Shown here: positions 1 to 8,904 of the stretch, piece after piece
How the letters are laid out: the number at the start of each line of letters is the position of its first letter
Numbering within the stretch: the first letter of the stretch is position 1
Virus record (IMG/VR): IMGVR_UViG_3300028364_000013
Strand: one strand, 5' to 3'
DNA: 64,000 bases
From: a virus
Taxonomy: Duplodnaviria; Caudoviricetes
The notes under the pieces: generated by a model
What the model was told of the DNA's origin: nothing
Seen by the model: the letters and a program-made list of their open reading frames with translations, nothing else
Databases searched by the model: none
Position numbers and translations under genes: made by a program

Positions 1-558
1 CATGGGGTTGACCTTGACGGATGCAATAGTTGGGCTGATGTTAAAAAAGCAATTGTAAAGCAAAAAAAGCCAATTGTAATTTTGCCACTTTACTTGTATG
101 ACCATTCAGGAATTACAATGAACACAACGGGATTCAGTTGTGGTTGGGATTCAGGACAAGTAGGATTCATTTTCATTAATGAAGCAAAGGCTAAAGAAAT
201 TGGATGGACAAAAGCATATGCCAAAACTTTAGCAAAAGGTGATGACGAAAAATACAAAGGTAAGACAAGAGAAGAAATTCTTACAGACTTTATGGTGAGT
301 GACGTTGAAACATACGACAACTACATTAGCGGACAAGTTTACCAATTCACTGTTAAAGATAAAGACGGTGAAGAAGTTGAGGACGGTTCTTGTGGTGGAT
401 TCTACGGGTATGACCACGACAAAAGCGGACTTCTTGACCATGCACAAAGCACAATTGATGGAGAAATTAATTGGAACATTAAGCAAAGAGTTGAAAAACT
501 TAAAGAGTTGATTAAAGCAAAAGTGCCAGTAATTTACAGAGTACTACCAAGTTTATAA
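1..558 (+). CDS. Hypothetical phage protein, 5' truncated by window
   Basis: Frame is open from base 1; YLYDHSG...WDSGQVGFI motif typical of phage/MGE early proteins. Confidence 0.8.
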   Translation, partial: HGVDLDGCNSWADVKKAIVKQKKPIVILPLYLYDHSGITMNTTGFSCGWDSGQVGFIFINEAKAKEIGWTKAYAKTLAKGDDEKYKGKTREEILTDFMVSDVETYDNYISGQVYQFTVKDKDGEEVEDGSCGGFYGYDHDKSGLLDHAQSTIDGEINWNIKQRVEKLKELIKAKVPVIYRVLPSL

Positions 559-598
559 ATTTGCGACCAGCAAAGCAGGTCTATACCTGCGGTCAGAA

Positions 599-626
599 AG
601 GGGGATTTTCAAAGTCTCCCTTTTTG
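599..626 (+). terminator. Intrinsic terminator
   Basis: GGGGGATTTT/AAAGTCTCCC hairpin followed by T-tract, directly before a class A promoter. Confidence 0.7.
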
Positions 627-683
627 TTTTGTAACTTTTTGAATTCCTATCGTTATATAGTTGTAACCAAATAAAAATAAATT

Positions 684-1124
684 ATGTTAAGCTCAATAAA
701 TAAAGAACAGAAATTATATGTAACTCCCTGCGGAGGTGGATTCTCTTGTTTAGGCTTTGACGTTTGCCACAACAAAACTATTAAGTTAGCAAAAGAATTG
801 GATAGAGAAGATTTGATTCCAACACGCAAAGGAACAAAGAAGGCATACAACAATTACGAAACGCTTGTCTCCCTTGCAAGAGAGAAAAACATTGCTACTG
901 GATGGCAAAGCAAAGCAGGGCTTACTCCAGAATTAATTGGCAAAGAAGGTCATAGAGTAGAGGTTGTTACTTCTTATGGAGAAAAAGTTCGTTTCATTGT
1001 AGGAAAGTCTACGGGATGGATTCCTTGCCACCTTGAAATTAAAAGAACAGATTCTTCTGGAGGTGGTGGCGCAATTGGTTCTCCATACAAAAGTATTAAG
1101 ATTGTAGAATACAATGCAAGATAA
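684..1124 (+). CDS. Hypothetical protein
   Basis: 146 aa ORF directly after class A promoter. Confidence 0.85.
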   Translation: MLSSINKEQKLYVTPCGGGFSCLGFDVCHNKTIKLAKELDREDLIPTRKGTKKAYNNYETLVSLAREKNIATGWQSKAGLTPELIGKEGHRVEVVTSYGEKVRFIVGKSTGWIPCHLEIKRTDSSGGGGAIGSPYKSIKIVEYNAR

Positions 1125-1178
1125 ATTGTAACTTTTTGAATTCCTATCGTTATACTATTGTAACCAAATAAGAAAGAG

Positions 1179-1763
1179 ATGAAAAGAAATATAGCAACCA
1201 TAGTAGAACATTATTTAGTAGCCGCTTTATGGACAAATGAGATTGACGATATGTCAGTTAAGTGCAATGTAAGTAGCAAGTCAATTAAAGATGCTATATT
1301 GCAAGTGCAATGCTTCTTAGGTGCAGCTCTCCCTTTGCTTACTGAGGAATGGACAGACGAACAAATAGGTCATGACTTATGGCTTACTCGTGGCGGACAT
1401 GGTGCAGGATTTTGGGATAGAGATTTGCCAAACGGAAAAGAACTTACTGCAATTTGTGAATTGTGTAGATTCAATAGTGAAGTGTGGGCAGACCGTGAAA
1501 ATGATATTGTTCATATTGATGGTGATGAAGAGGCACTTAACTTATTTGAACACTACGAACTTCTTCCTCAAAACGTACAAGACCTTTTAATTGAACTTGG
1601 TGAATTAGAGGACACTTATGAAGATTGCGACAAACTTATTGCAAGGCTTGAAGAATTAGGCTACACTTGTAGTTACTACCTCAACGCTGAACCTTATGAT
1701 TTAAGGTTAAATGAAGAGCCAACTTTTGAAGGTCAAAGCGAACCTTATAATTCTAAAGCATAA
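1179..1763 (+). CDS. Hypothetical protein
   Basis: 194 aa after class A promoter; GHDLWLTRGGHGAGFWDR motif. Confidence 0.85.
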   Translation: MKRNIATIVEHYLVAALWTNEIDDMSVKCNVSSKSIKDAILQVQCFLGAALPLLTEEWTDEQIGHDLWLTRGGHGAGFWDRDLPNGKELTAICELCRFNSEVWADRENDIVHIDGDEEALNLFEHYELLPQNVQDLLIELGELEDTYEDCDKLIARLEELGYTCSYYLNAEPYDLRLNEEPTFEGQSEPYNSKA

Positions 1764-1815
1764 TTGTAACTTTTTAAATTCATATCGTTATACATACATA
1801 ACCAATACATTAGAC

Positions 1816-2088
1816 ATGACAAATTCAGCAAAGAAAAAGAAAATAAAAGCATTAGCAAAGAAAATGTTAAAAACCTCCCTTAAAGAAATGGAGGCTAAGA
1901 TTGATAAGGCTTTAAACTCTGGAGCGTTGGATGTTGACGAATGGGATGAAAACTCAAACCCTTCAATTCTCCCTAAAGTAATTGTTATTGCAATTATGGA
2001 AGATGAGGCAGAGCAATACAAAGCAAAAGGCACTTCATTTGAGAAAGAAATGAAGAAAGATGTTTCTAACTTAAAATGTTTTATATAA
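1816..2088 (+). CDS. Hypothetical protein
   Basis: Start reassigned to the ATG downstream of promoter 1764. Confidence 0.8.
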   Translation: MTNSAKKKKIKALAKKMLKTSLKEMEAKIDKALNSGALDVDEWDENSNPSILPKVIVIAIMEDEAEQYKAKGTSFEKEMKKDVSNLKCFI

Positions 2089-2504
2089 TGATTTACGAAG
2101 TAGAAACATTCAAACTCATAGGGCTAACCATTTTCTTATACCAAGAAGTTGATTACTTAGAATTGGTGAAAGAAAAGAATATGCCAGAGAGACTAATTAA
2201 CACGAGAGTTAATAAGCCTGTGGTAAAACACCCAAGAAGATTTTACGTAAGTGACCTGAAAGAAATTCAGGGTAAGGACATTCAGGTTCTCAATAGAGAA
2301 GAGAGCTCAGACAAGCTGCCTTATTTCGCAGATGTAACGTCAGACATTCCAGGATACCTCAATATTGAGCCAGACACTTACAAGAGCTGTCAGCTAATGG
2401 CAGAGACTCATGGAGGCTACCTACAATTTTTCGATAACAAGACGGAGAAGATTTTAAGAATTGCAATTAATTCAAATACTTACTCTCCCTTAAAAAGCAA
2501 ATAA
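2088..2504 (+). CDS. Hypothetical protein
   Basis: TAATG stop/start coupling with previous ORF. Confidence 0.75.
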   Translation: MIYEVETFKLIGLTIFLYQEVDYLELVKEKNMPERLINTRVNKPVVKHPRRFYVSDLKEIQGKDIQVLNREESSDKLPYFADVTSDIPGYLNIEPDTYKSCQLMAETHGGYLQFFDNKTEKILRIAINSNTYSPLKSK

Positions 2505-2506
2505 AA

Positions 2507-2722
2507 ATGAAAAAGGTAACTTTATACTCAAAAGATTTTAACTTCTTTCTTCAGGAGCAAATAGGAATTGTGACTACTGGCAACGGTAGAGAGTCACGAT
2601 TTTTCTCAAGACTTGACAGTGCTTTGTTTAAAGAGACAAGGCGTAATGAAAAAATGAGTGAAGAGAAGGAAAAAGAAATTTGCAAAGACATTCATTTAGG
2701 ACTAAAATATTATAAAGATTAA
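2507..2722 (+). CDS. Hypothetical protein
   Basis: Adjacent ORF followed by terminator at about 2743-2770. Confidence 0.7.
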   Translation: MKKVTLYSKDFNFFLQEQIGIVTTGNGRESRFFSRLDSALFKETRRNEKMSEEKEKEICKDIHLGLKYYKD

Positions 2723-2852
2723 AAATATTGTTTGGTTACAATAGGGGGGAGGCTTAGGTCTCCCTTTCTTGTTTTTGCTTCGGTACGAACAATGAAATTG
2801 TAACTTTTTAAATTGCTATCGTTATACAGATATAACCAAAGAAAAAGAAATT

Positions 2853-3180
2853 ATGAGACAGTTAAAAAAAGAATTAGAAACATATTGTGAGTTACACTGG
2901 TGGAACATGGGCTCAAAAACTCTGTCCTTCAAAGGAGATTTGAAAGATTTGTTGGAAAAGCAGAACATTACTTTTACCAAGAAAAAAAACAGAAACAGAA
3001 GGAATTTTTACATACACCTTCAAAAGCTCTTATGGTATTAGTTTTAAAACAACTGGCTTGATACATGACTTTCCACACCTTGCAAAGCAGTTTATTCAAA
3101 TGGAATTAGTACGAATGGGTGATAAGTCGCAGCTACGTGTTAGTGGAGCTTGGAGACCTGTTGTAAATGTAAACTATTAA
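2853..3180 (+). pseudogene. Hypothetical protein with apparent frameshift at an A8 run
   Basis: Removing one A at 2982-2989 extends the ORF (TETEGIFTYTFKSSYG...VVNVNY) to TAA at 3180, just before the next promoter. Confidence 0.65.
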
Positions 3181-3231
3181 TTGAGACACAAGATAAATTG
3201 TAACTTTTTAAAAACCTGTCGTTATACAATT

Positions 3232-3726
3232 ATGAAATTATCCATAGCACATATACTCAGAACATTTCCAGAAGCACTTTCTCTGGCGTTCATAGAAACG
3301 GAAGCGAACACAACTGAACACCCAGAGTTTGGATTAAAAAAATTGACTCTGGCGCAGTTCAAAGCTTCACCTGGACATTACAAGCAAAGGCTTTATAGAA
3401 ATATTCAGTCAGCTATTCAAACGGAAGTAGATTCTATTTTGAGTGGTGAGGCTTACCAAGATTGCTTAGATGCACCACTGGTGAACTCTCCCTTAGTTGG
3501 ATTGCTCTGGAACAAAGATGTTGAAGGTGCGCATGAGATTAACAAAAGGTTAAAGTACCCAGAGTTAATGAATGTAGTTGACGAATTGTATAAGGAGCTT
3601 ACAGACAAAGTTGATGTCTCCCTTGCTAAAGCCAAAGGCGTTGAGTCAAAGATGCCTTACAAAGGTCAGTTCGTATTAGAAGAGATTATTCAAATGACAC
3701 AAGAGAAGTGGTCAAAAAGCGTTTAA
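3232..3726 (+). CDS. Hypothetical protein
   Basis: ATG just after promoter 3198. Confidence 0.8.
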   Translation: MKLSIAHILRTFPEALSLAFIETEANTTEHPEFGLKKLTLAQFKASPGHYKQRLYRNIQSAIQTEVDSILSGEAYQDCLDAPLVNSPLVGLLWNKDVEGAHEINKRLKYPELMNVVDELYKELTDKVDVSLAKAKGVESKMPYKGQFVLEEIIQMTQEKWSKSV

Positions 3727-3787
3727 TTGTAAGCGCAGCGGAAAAGCGTCAGCTTGTAACTTTTTAAAAACCTATCGTTATACATAT

Positions 3788-4072
3788 ATGGAAAAAGATA
3801 CTACATACTTAATTAGCGTTGCCATTCGAGATGAGAACGGCAAGGTCGTAGAAGACAAAAAAGGAATTAAAACTACTGGAATGAATTTCGAAATAACAGT
3901 ATTCAACGATAAGCAGTTGGAATTTCAAATGAAAACATTGCACCGTCAGTTTAGAGCATTTTTACCAAACCATAAAATTAACATTGAAGCAGGTTTGCTT
4001 AATAAAATTTCAAGAACTGTAATGTGTATGGCTTCATTTTATGGTAGTGAAGAGAGGTTTGTAAAACACTAA
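3788..4072 (+). CDS. Hypothetical protein
   Basis: ORF bounded by two class A promoters. Confidence 0.8.
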   Translation: MEKDTTYLISVAIRDENGKVVEDKKGIKTTGMNFEITVFNDKQLEFQMKTLHRQFRAFLPNHKINIEAGLLNKISRTVMCMASFYGSEERFVKH

Positions 4073-4145
4073 TTGTAACTTTTTAAAACCCTATCGTTAT
4101 ATTAATATGAAACAAATAGAACTTACCATAGAAACATTTTAAGAG

Positions 4146-4331
4146 ATGAGAAAATTCGTAGATACATATTTAACTGGAACAACTTACCCAGCAATTGGAA
4201 TAGACAAACCAGAGAACCATGAAGAGATTGTTGATTTCATTGTGGATGATGTCAAAGAGACAGCTGACCCAAAAGATTGGCACAGCGGAGATGTTGACAT
4301 TGCATTCAGAAGATTTTTAGAGAGCAAATAA
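4146..4331 (+). CDS. Hypothetical protein
   Basis: 61 aa ORF in the promoter 4073 unit. Confidence 0.7.
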   Translation: MRKFVDTYLTGTTYPAIGIDKPENHEEIVDFIVDDVKETADPKDWHSGDVDIAFRRFLESK

Positions 4332-4356
4332 TTCTAATTTTATAAAACACGACATA

Positions 4357-4740
4357 ATGAAAAGCAAATTCACAGAAATTCTTACAGACCACGTTGATGA
4401 AAACGGAGTTGTACACATGGATGGTTATAAAACAAATGACAGCGATGAAGAAGGAGTTGTTATTGGAGTTGTAATAAACGGTGAGCCATACTGGAGAGAC
4501 CCAGAGTACCAGTTTGACCCTTATGTTATAGAAACTGTTGCAGAAGTAAAGAAATGGCAACAGGAGCAGCGAGAGGCTTTAAAAAATGAGATTAAAAAAG
4601 CTGTTACCAACGTTGTTTATGATTTAAACGCAAAACCAAGGTTAACTTTTACTGACGGCTCTCCCTTAGAAAAGAAACTCTCCCTTATTGATGGTGGAGT
4701 TGATGAGATTATGAAACTAATAAAGACTGACATTTTGTAA
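4357..4740 (+). CDS. Hypothetical protein
   Basis: 127 aa ORF, co-oriented. Confidence 0.75.
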   Translation: MKSKFTEILTDHVDENGVVHMDGYKTNDSDEEGVVIGVVINGEPYWRDPEYQFDPYVIETVAEVKKWQQEQREALKNEIKKAVTNVVYDLNAKPRLTFTDGSPLEKKLSLIDGGVDEIMKLIKTDIL

Positions 4741-4808
4741 CTTTTTAAAATAACTGGACGTTGAATAACGACTAAGAACTAAATTCCTCCCCCTGTGCCT
4801 CATTTAAT

Positions 4809-4841
4809 TTTGGTAATTAAAATCTTTATTCATACATTTGT
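4809..4841 (+). promoter_or_regulatory. Bacteroidota housekeeping-sigma promoter (-33 TTTG / -7 TAnnTTTG)
   Basis: TTTG-N20-TACATTTG upstream of 4861. Similar sites at about 24309-24340 (+), 52196-52227 (-), 38653-38684 (-) and 5607-5639 (-). Confidence 0.7.
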
Positions 4842-4860
4842 GTAAATTAAAACATAAATT

Positions 4861-5028
4861 ATGAACAAAGAAGAGATTTTCGAAGAAATGCAAGAGTTGT
4901 GGACAACTTTTGAAACTGAACACAGCGGAGGAACTAAAGCATCTGCAGGAAGAGCAAGAAAAGCTATTGGTGAAATCAAAAAATTAGTTACTGCTTATAG
5001 AGCTGCATCTGTTGAGGCTGACAAATAA
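4861..5028 (+). CDS. Histone H1-like (Hc1-like) small DNA-binding protein, Bacteroidota type
   Basis: 55 aa ORF absent from the track: MNKEEIFEEMQELWTTFETEHSGGTKASAGRARKAIGEIKKLVTAYRAASVEADK. Has its own promoter and terminator (about 5051-5081). Confidence 0.7.
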   Translation: MNKEEIFEEMQELWTTFETEHSGGTKASAGRARKAIGEIKKLVTAYRAASVEADK

Positions 5029-5159
5029 GAAAACTTAAACTAAACTACAAAAAGCGTTATCATTAATTTGGTAACGCTTTTCTATTTTTATTATAAATAG
5101 ATAAAAAATATAAAATCGAACCCCAATTTCACAATTAAGTTTATAGGGCTATTAACTTG

Positions 5160-5233
5160 CACTCCGTATCGGATTCAAACCGATGGTCTTCTCATAGAAA
5201 GTGAGACGTGTTGGGTCGCTACACTAACGGAGC
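5160..5233 (-). tRNA. tRNA-Glu(TTC), non-canonical D and T loops
   Basis: GCTCCGT/ACGGAGT acceptor; TCTCA-CTTTCTA-TGAGA anticodon arm; T arm ATCGG-TTTGAAT-CCGAT; D loop lacks GG. Confidence 0.75.
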
Positions 5234-5236
5234 GTT

Positions 5237-5321
5237 TGGTCTTGCGTATCGGATTCGAACCGATGAACCTTTCGGGCTGCCTTGAAAGGGCAGTTACTTT
5301 GAGCCGCTTGTATAACGCAAG
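5237..5321 (-). tRNA. tRNA with TTC anticodon, extended (type II) variable arm and encoded CCA
   Basis: CTTGCGT/ACGCAAG-A-CCA; 3-bp D stem; CTGCC-CTTTCAA-GGCAG; variable region CCCGAAAGGTTC; T arm ATCGG-TTCGAAT-CCGAT. Confidence 0.8.
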
Positions 5322-5496
5322 AAATATAAGCACAAAAAAAGAGGATAACACTTGTGCTATCCTCTTGACTACGATTTTGCGATTTAAAAATCCCTCAATC
5401 TGGTTTGTTAACTTAGAGCATAGCGAAGTAGTGGAGTCTCCTCCAAACGTTCACTGTTCTCTATGTTTACAAATCTTTTCATTTTCTTATTTTTTG

Positions 5497-5569
5497 TTGC
5501 GCAGGCCAGACTCGAACTGACGACCTCAAGATTATGAGCCTTGCGAGCTACCAACTGCTCCACCGCACT
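5497..5569 (-). tRNA. tRNA-Met(CAT), initiator-like
   Basis: GAGC-AGTTGGTA-GCTC D arm; CAAGG-CTCATAA-TCTTG; A1:A72 mismatch as in fMet tRNAs, but lacks the three G-C anticodon-stem pairs. Confidence 0.85.
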
Positions 5570-5676
5570 ATATATAAATAGTAATCTTTTTTATTTATTA
5601 TACGCAAATATAAGAATAAAGTTCTATTAAATCCAAATGTTTTTGTAACTTTTTTAAAATTAATCGTTATACACGT

Positions 5677-6003
5677 ATGAAAAGAACAGCTCTATTTACA
5701 CTCACAGGTCAAACATACTGGCACTTTCACGCCATTGGCACAGGCATTATTTTTAATTACCATATTAATGCAAAACAAGTAATAACTACGTGTGAACTTT
5801 CAGGTCAAATGATAGAGGTTAAGGATTATTACCAAGAAGGAGGATTTGATTCACCTGAGGAATTCAGACAAAACTGTATTACAATTTACCAAGAGATGAT
5901 TCAAGACGGAGCGACCATAGTGTTGGACTACATAGACAACCCCGATATTTTTATGAGTGGTGAAGTTGCTATTGGATATGACCCAAAGGTGATTTGTAAC
6001 TGA
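5677..6003 (+). CDS. Hypothetical protein
   Basis: After promoter 5643. Confidence 0.8.
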   Translation: MKRTALFTLTGQTYWHFHAIGTGIIFNYHINAKQVITTCELSGQMIEVKDYYQEGGFDSPEEFRQNCITIYQEMIQDGATIVLDYIDNPDIFMSGEVAIGYDPKVICN

Positions 6004-6066
6004 TTGTCTAATTTGTAACTTTTTAAATTCCTGTCGTTATACAGACACGAACCAATAAAACACGAC

Positions 6067-6354
6067 ATGAATATTACAGAAGACAATTTTGACGAGGTAT
6101 TCAAACCTCAAACCAACCACCTTGACGACAACGCAGGATTCAACGGATGTATGTATGAAACATACGGAGAAGAAGTTGACTACGTTTTCAACCTCGCTAA
6201 AACTACAAAGAAAGTTTGGACAATTATTGAGGGGGATGATGATACAATGTTTTACGTTGCAGGATTCCACTATGTAAACAGAATAGGATTCCTTGTATGT
6301 GAAGTTGAGTATGAAGATGGACAAGAGGACATTCAATTAGATACTGATTTTTAA
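6067..6354 (+). CDS. Hypothetical acidic protein
   Basis: After promoter 6013. Confidence 0.8.
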   Translation: MNITEDNFDEVFKPQTNHLDDNAGFNGCMYETYGEEVDYVFNLAKTTKKVWTIIEGDDDTMFYVAGFHYVNRIGFLVCEVEYEDGQEDIQLDTDF

Positions 6355-6364
6355 AAACACGAAA

Positions 6365-6634
6365 ATGAAAATAACAGACGCACAAGACATATTGATTAAT
6401 GTAATTAATTGTTACCTTGAAGATTGTTCAAGCGAAGACCCAGAAGAGCAGGAGAGAGTTAGAAAAGCTTGGGCAACATTGACTCAACAAAAATTTACTG
6501 TCAAAGTACCTCTGGAAGAGGATGAGTTGGAACGGATGCAACATGAAGGCGAAGAGTTTGAGTGGGAATTTCCAACCGAAGAGAATGACACCCAGAACGT
6601 CACGATAATTATTAGTAAGAGAGAGAGCGAATAA
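6365..6634 (+). CDS. Hypothetical protein
   Basis: Co-transcribed ORF. Confidence 0.75.
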   Translation: MKITDAQDILINVINCYLEDCSSEDPEEQERVRKAWATLTQQKFTVKVPLEEDELERMQHEGEEFEWEFPTEENDTQNVTIIISKRESE

Positions 6635-6701
6635 GCTCTCTTTTTTTGTTTGTAACTTTTTGAATTGCTATCGTTATACAACCAGACTAAAACAAAAGAC
6701 A

Positions 6702-6971
6702 ATGAAAGATTTCAAACAAGAGTACGAAGAGAGACAAAATAATTATGAAAAGGAATGTCAGGCTGAATTAAAAGCAGACAAGAAATTCCAACTCTCCCTA
6801 ACTCCTGAACAAGCAGTTATTGTTCTTGAGCCAAGCCATGCGCCTGAAAACTTTTACTGTGATGGAGAAGTTAGCCATGCTCAGGGTCTGGCAATGTGGA
6901 AAGGTAGATTAAAAAATTCAGGATTGAACCCTGATAATGTTAACATGATTGTTAAATACATTTTCGGATAA
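6702..6971 (+). CDS. Hypothetical protein
   Basis: ATG after promoter 6650. Confidence 0.8.
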   Translation: MKDFKQEYEERQNNYEKECQAELKADKKFQLSLTPEQAVIVLEPSHAPENFYCDGEVSHAQGLAMWKGRLKNSGLNPDNVNMIVKYIFG

Positions 6972-6992
6972 TGACGACAAAACTTTAAATAT

Positions 6993-7283
6993 ATGATGAA
7001 TCAAAAAGAATGGCTTGAAAGAGCAGTAAAATTTGACTTAGGAGAGTGCATTTTTTACAAAAGACCCATTGTAATTGAAAGAAGATTGCAAATAGATGAT
7101 ACTGAAAAATGGGTTCTGAAAATGCACGAATGGGTATTGGGTAAAGATGGTGAATTTCATAGAGAACCAATGCCGTCAAGTAGAACTGATGAATTTATTG
7201 AGAACACAAGATTTAACAGCCCTGACGAATGCCATTCTTTTTGGGTTGAAAACGTGAACTCTGAAAAACCATTGTACGCTTAG
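6993..7283 (+). CDS. Hypothetical protein
   Basis: 96 aa; followed by an attC-like half site. Confidence 0.75.
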   Translation: MMNQKEWLERAVKFDLGECIFYKRPIVIERRLQIDDTEKWVLKMHEWVLGKDGEFHREPMPSSRTDEFIENTRFNSPDECHSFWVENVNSEKPLYA

Positions 7284-7377
7284 CATTGTGTACAACGTAT
7301 TGCTATATGAATAGTGCGACATTAAATGCACGGAACCTTGAATTAATAACAGAACTAAATAATTAAATTTCTAAAAA

Positions 7378-7617
7378 ATGAAAACATACTTAAATATTGA
7401 ATTGCCTAAAAACTTTATGAATGTAGGAATTACTAATAATAACGAATTAGTAGCCGACACAAACAATAGTGCTGAATGGGACACTTTAAAATTTCCACTA
7501 CCAAAAGGTAAATGGAGAATACATAGTTATAAGGCGGAATTAGATACGCAGACTACAAAAACAATACTAAAGTTAATTGATACTAGAAGTTGGATACGTA
7601 GATTTTTAGAAATTTAA
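7378..7617 (+). CDS. Hypothetical protein (cassette-like)
   Basis: 79 aa between attC-like elements. Confidence 0.75.
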   Translation: MKTYLNIELPKNFMNVGITNNNELVADTNNSAEWDTLKFPLPKGKWRIHSYKAELDTQTTKTILKLIDTRSWIRRFLEI

Positions 7618-7651
7618 TTATGGCATTAAAAGCACTAAACTTTAATTACAG

Positions 7652-7747
7652 CACGAACGTTTTGTGTATGTGTAGTAAGGCTATGCACGTACATTGAATA
7701 GAAGAGCTGAACTAATTTAGCCTTATTACATATACACTTTGTTAGCG
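7652..7747 (+). repeat. attC-like imperfect palindrome
   Basis: CACGAAC...GTGTATGTGTAGTAAGGCTA (7664-7683) pairs with TAGCCTTATTACATATACAC (7718-7737)...GTTAGCG. Confidence 0.55.
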
Positions 7748-7783
7748 TTTCGTTTTTGAGCGTTGGCAGTAAACAACAATAAA

Positions 7784-8053
7784 ATGAAAAAAGTAGATAA
7801 AAATTTATGGGTATGTACAACTGCTGATATTAAAAAATCAAAACCATCAGACTTTGGAAATGGTGCAGTAATATACGTGAAACCTAATACTAAGGGTGAT
7901 TATAAGTATATTATAAATTTAGACAAAAAAGGATATAAAACATATTCTCTTGGAAGTAGGGTTGAAGATGCTAATACTGGTAAAAAACTAACAACGGCAG
8001 GTTCTAAAAAAGGTATGCGACCATATTTTATAGACGATTTTTTAAGTAGATAG
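7784..8053 (+). CDS. Hypothetical protein (cassette-like)
   Basis: Flanked by complementary GTTAGCG (7741) and CGCTAAC (8073). Confidence 0.75.
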   Translation: MKKVDKNLWVCTTADIKKSKPSDFGNGAVIYVKPNTKGDYKYIINLDKKGYKTYSLGSRVEDANTGKKLTTAGSKKGMRPYFIDDFLSR

Positions 8054-8072
8054 AAATGCGTTGGCAAATGAA

Positions 8073-8135
8073 CGCTAACGTTTTGTGTATGTGTAGTAGC
8101 GAGGCACGAGCTATGCACTATATTTTGTGTTGTGC
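8073..8135 (+). repeat. attC-like imperfect palindrome
   Basis: CGCTAAC-GTTTT-GTGTATGTGTAGTAGC...GCTATGCACTATAT-TTTGT-GTTGTGC; 22 nt identical to the 7652 element. Confidence 0.55.
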
Positions 8136-8417
8136 TTAGTTTTTGTTGCGACTTTATGTGTACTGCATTTGGTACTCTCAATTTTATTTAGTACCTTTGT
8201 TGGTACAATGATTAATTATAGAACTATGGTGATTTATGCAATACAGCTTAGTAATAGCGTTGAAACTTCTTATGACTTAAACGTTATAGAACGGAAAGCA
8301 AAGAAATACGCTGAACAAAAAAAGACAGCAACTATAACCGAGAACGGAAACGAGATTGGATGGATAGGTGAGGATTTAACTAAAATAAAAGGTTGGGGAT
8401 GGAATATAAAGAAATAA
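8127..8417 (+). CDS. Hypothetical protein (real start probably 8208 or 8226)
   Basis: ORF track; the N-terminal part overlaps the palindrome. Confidence 0.6.
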   Translation: MLCLVFVATLCVLHLVLSILFSTFVGTMINYRTMVIYAIQLSNSVETSYDLNVIERKAKKYAEQKKTATITENGNEIGWIGEDLTKIKGWGWNIKK

Positions 8418-8623
8418 CAGCATTTGAACTTTGCGGAAACTACCAAGACCAAAAGTTTAAGTTGAAAGGTGGTAGAGTTGTGTGGGAAAGCATTTCTTAT
8501 GCTCAAAATACAGATAAATGTTACTTAACTCGAATAGTAAAAAGCGGTGGAAAACCTTTTATTTTAGGATTGAGGTACAAAAGTATGTATGTGAAACCCG
8601 AAACAAAGGTTATAGTGTTATGA
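8393..8623 (+). CDS. Hypothetical protein
   Basis: Overlapping adjacent ORF. Confidence 0.65.
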   Translation: MGMEYKEITAFELCGNYQDQKFKLKGGRVVWESISYAQNTDKCYLTRIVKSGGKPFILGLRYKSMYVKPETKVIVL

Positions 8624-8844
8624 GTATAGAAGAATTTTTAAAAGACAGACCAAGCCTTTCTTTGCGTAGACTGGAAACAGAGGCTGATTTGCCAACTAAA
8701 ACTTTAAGTCATTACGTTAATGGTAGAAGAAAATTGAGTGCTGAACATATTGAAAAACTGACGCCTGTATTGTCGAAGTACGGATTTAAGCAACAATTTG
8801 AAAATGATGGATGGTCAGTTGACGACTTGTTGGCCAAGTTGTAA
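8620..8844 (+). CDS. Cro/XRE-like helix-turn-helix protein
   Basis: SLRRLETEADLPTKTLSHYVNGRRKLS fits the HTH_XRE pattern; ATGA coupling. Confidence 0.7.
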   Translation: MSIEEFLKDRPSLSLRRLETEADLPTKTLSHYVNGRRKLSAEHIEKLTPVLSKYGFKQQFENDGWSVDDLLAKL

Positions 8845-8904
8845 CTTTTTAAATTCCTGTCGTTATACCAGTACCTAAGAATAATTAATTAAAACCTCAA
8901 AATT

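Noticed and set aside
5237-5321. Selenocysteine tRNA (UCA)
   Set aside because: The 7-nt loop centres on TTC rather than TCA, the acceptor stem is 7 bp, and no selA/selB is seen.
5236-5520. 94 aa + strand ORF
   Set aside because: It is the antisense of the tRNA genes.
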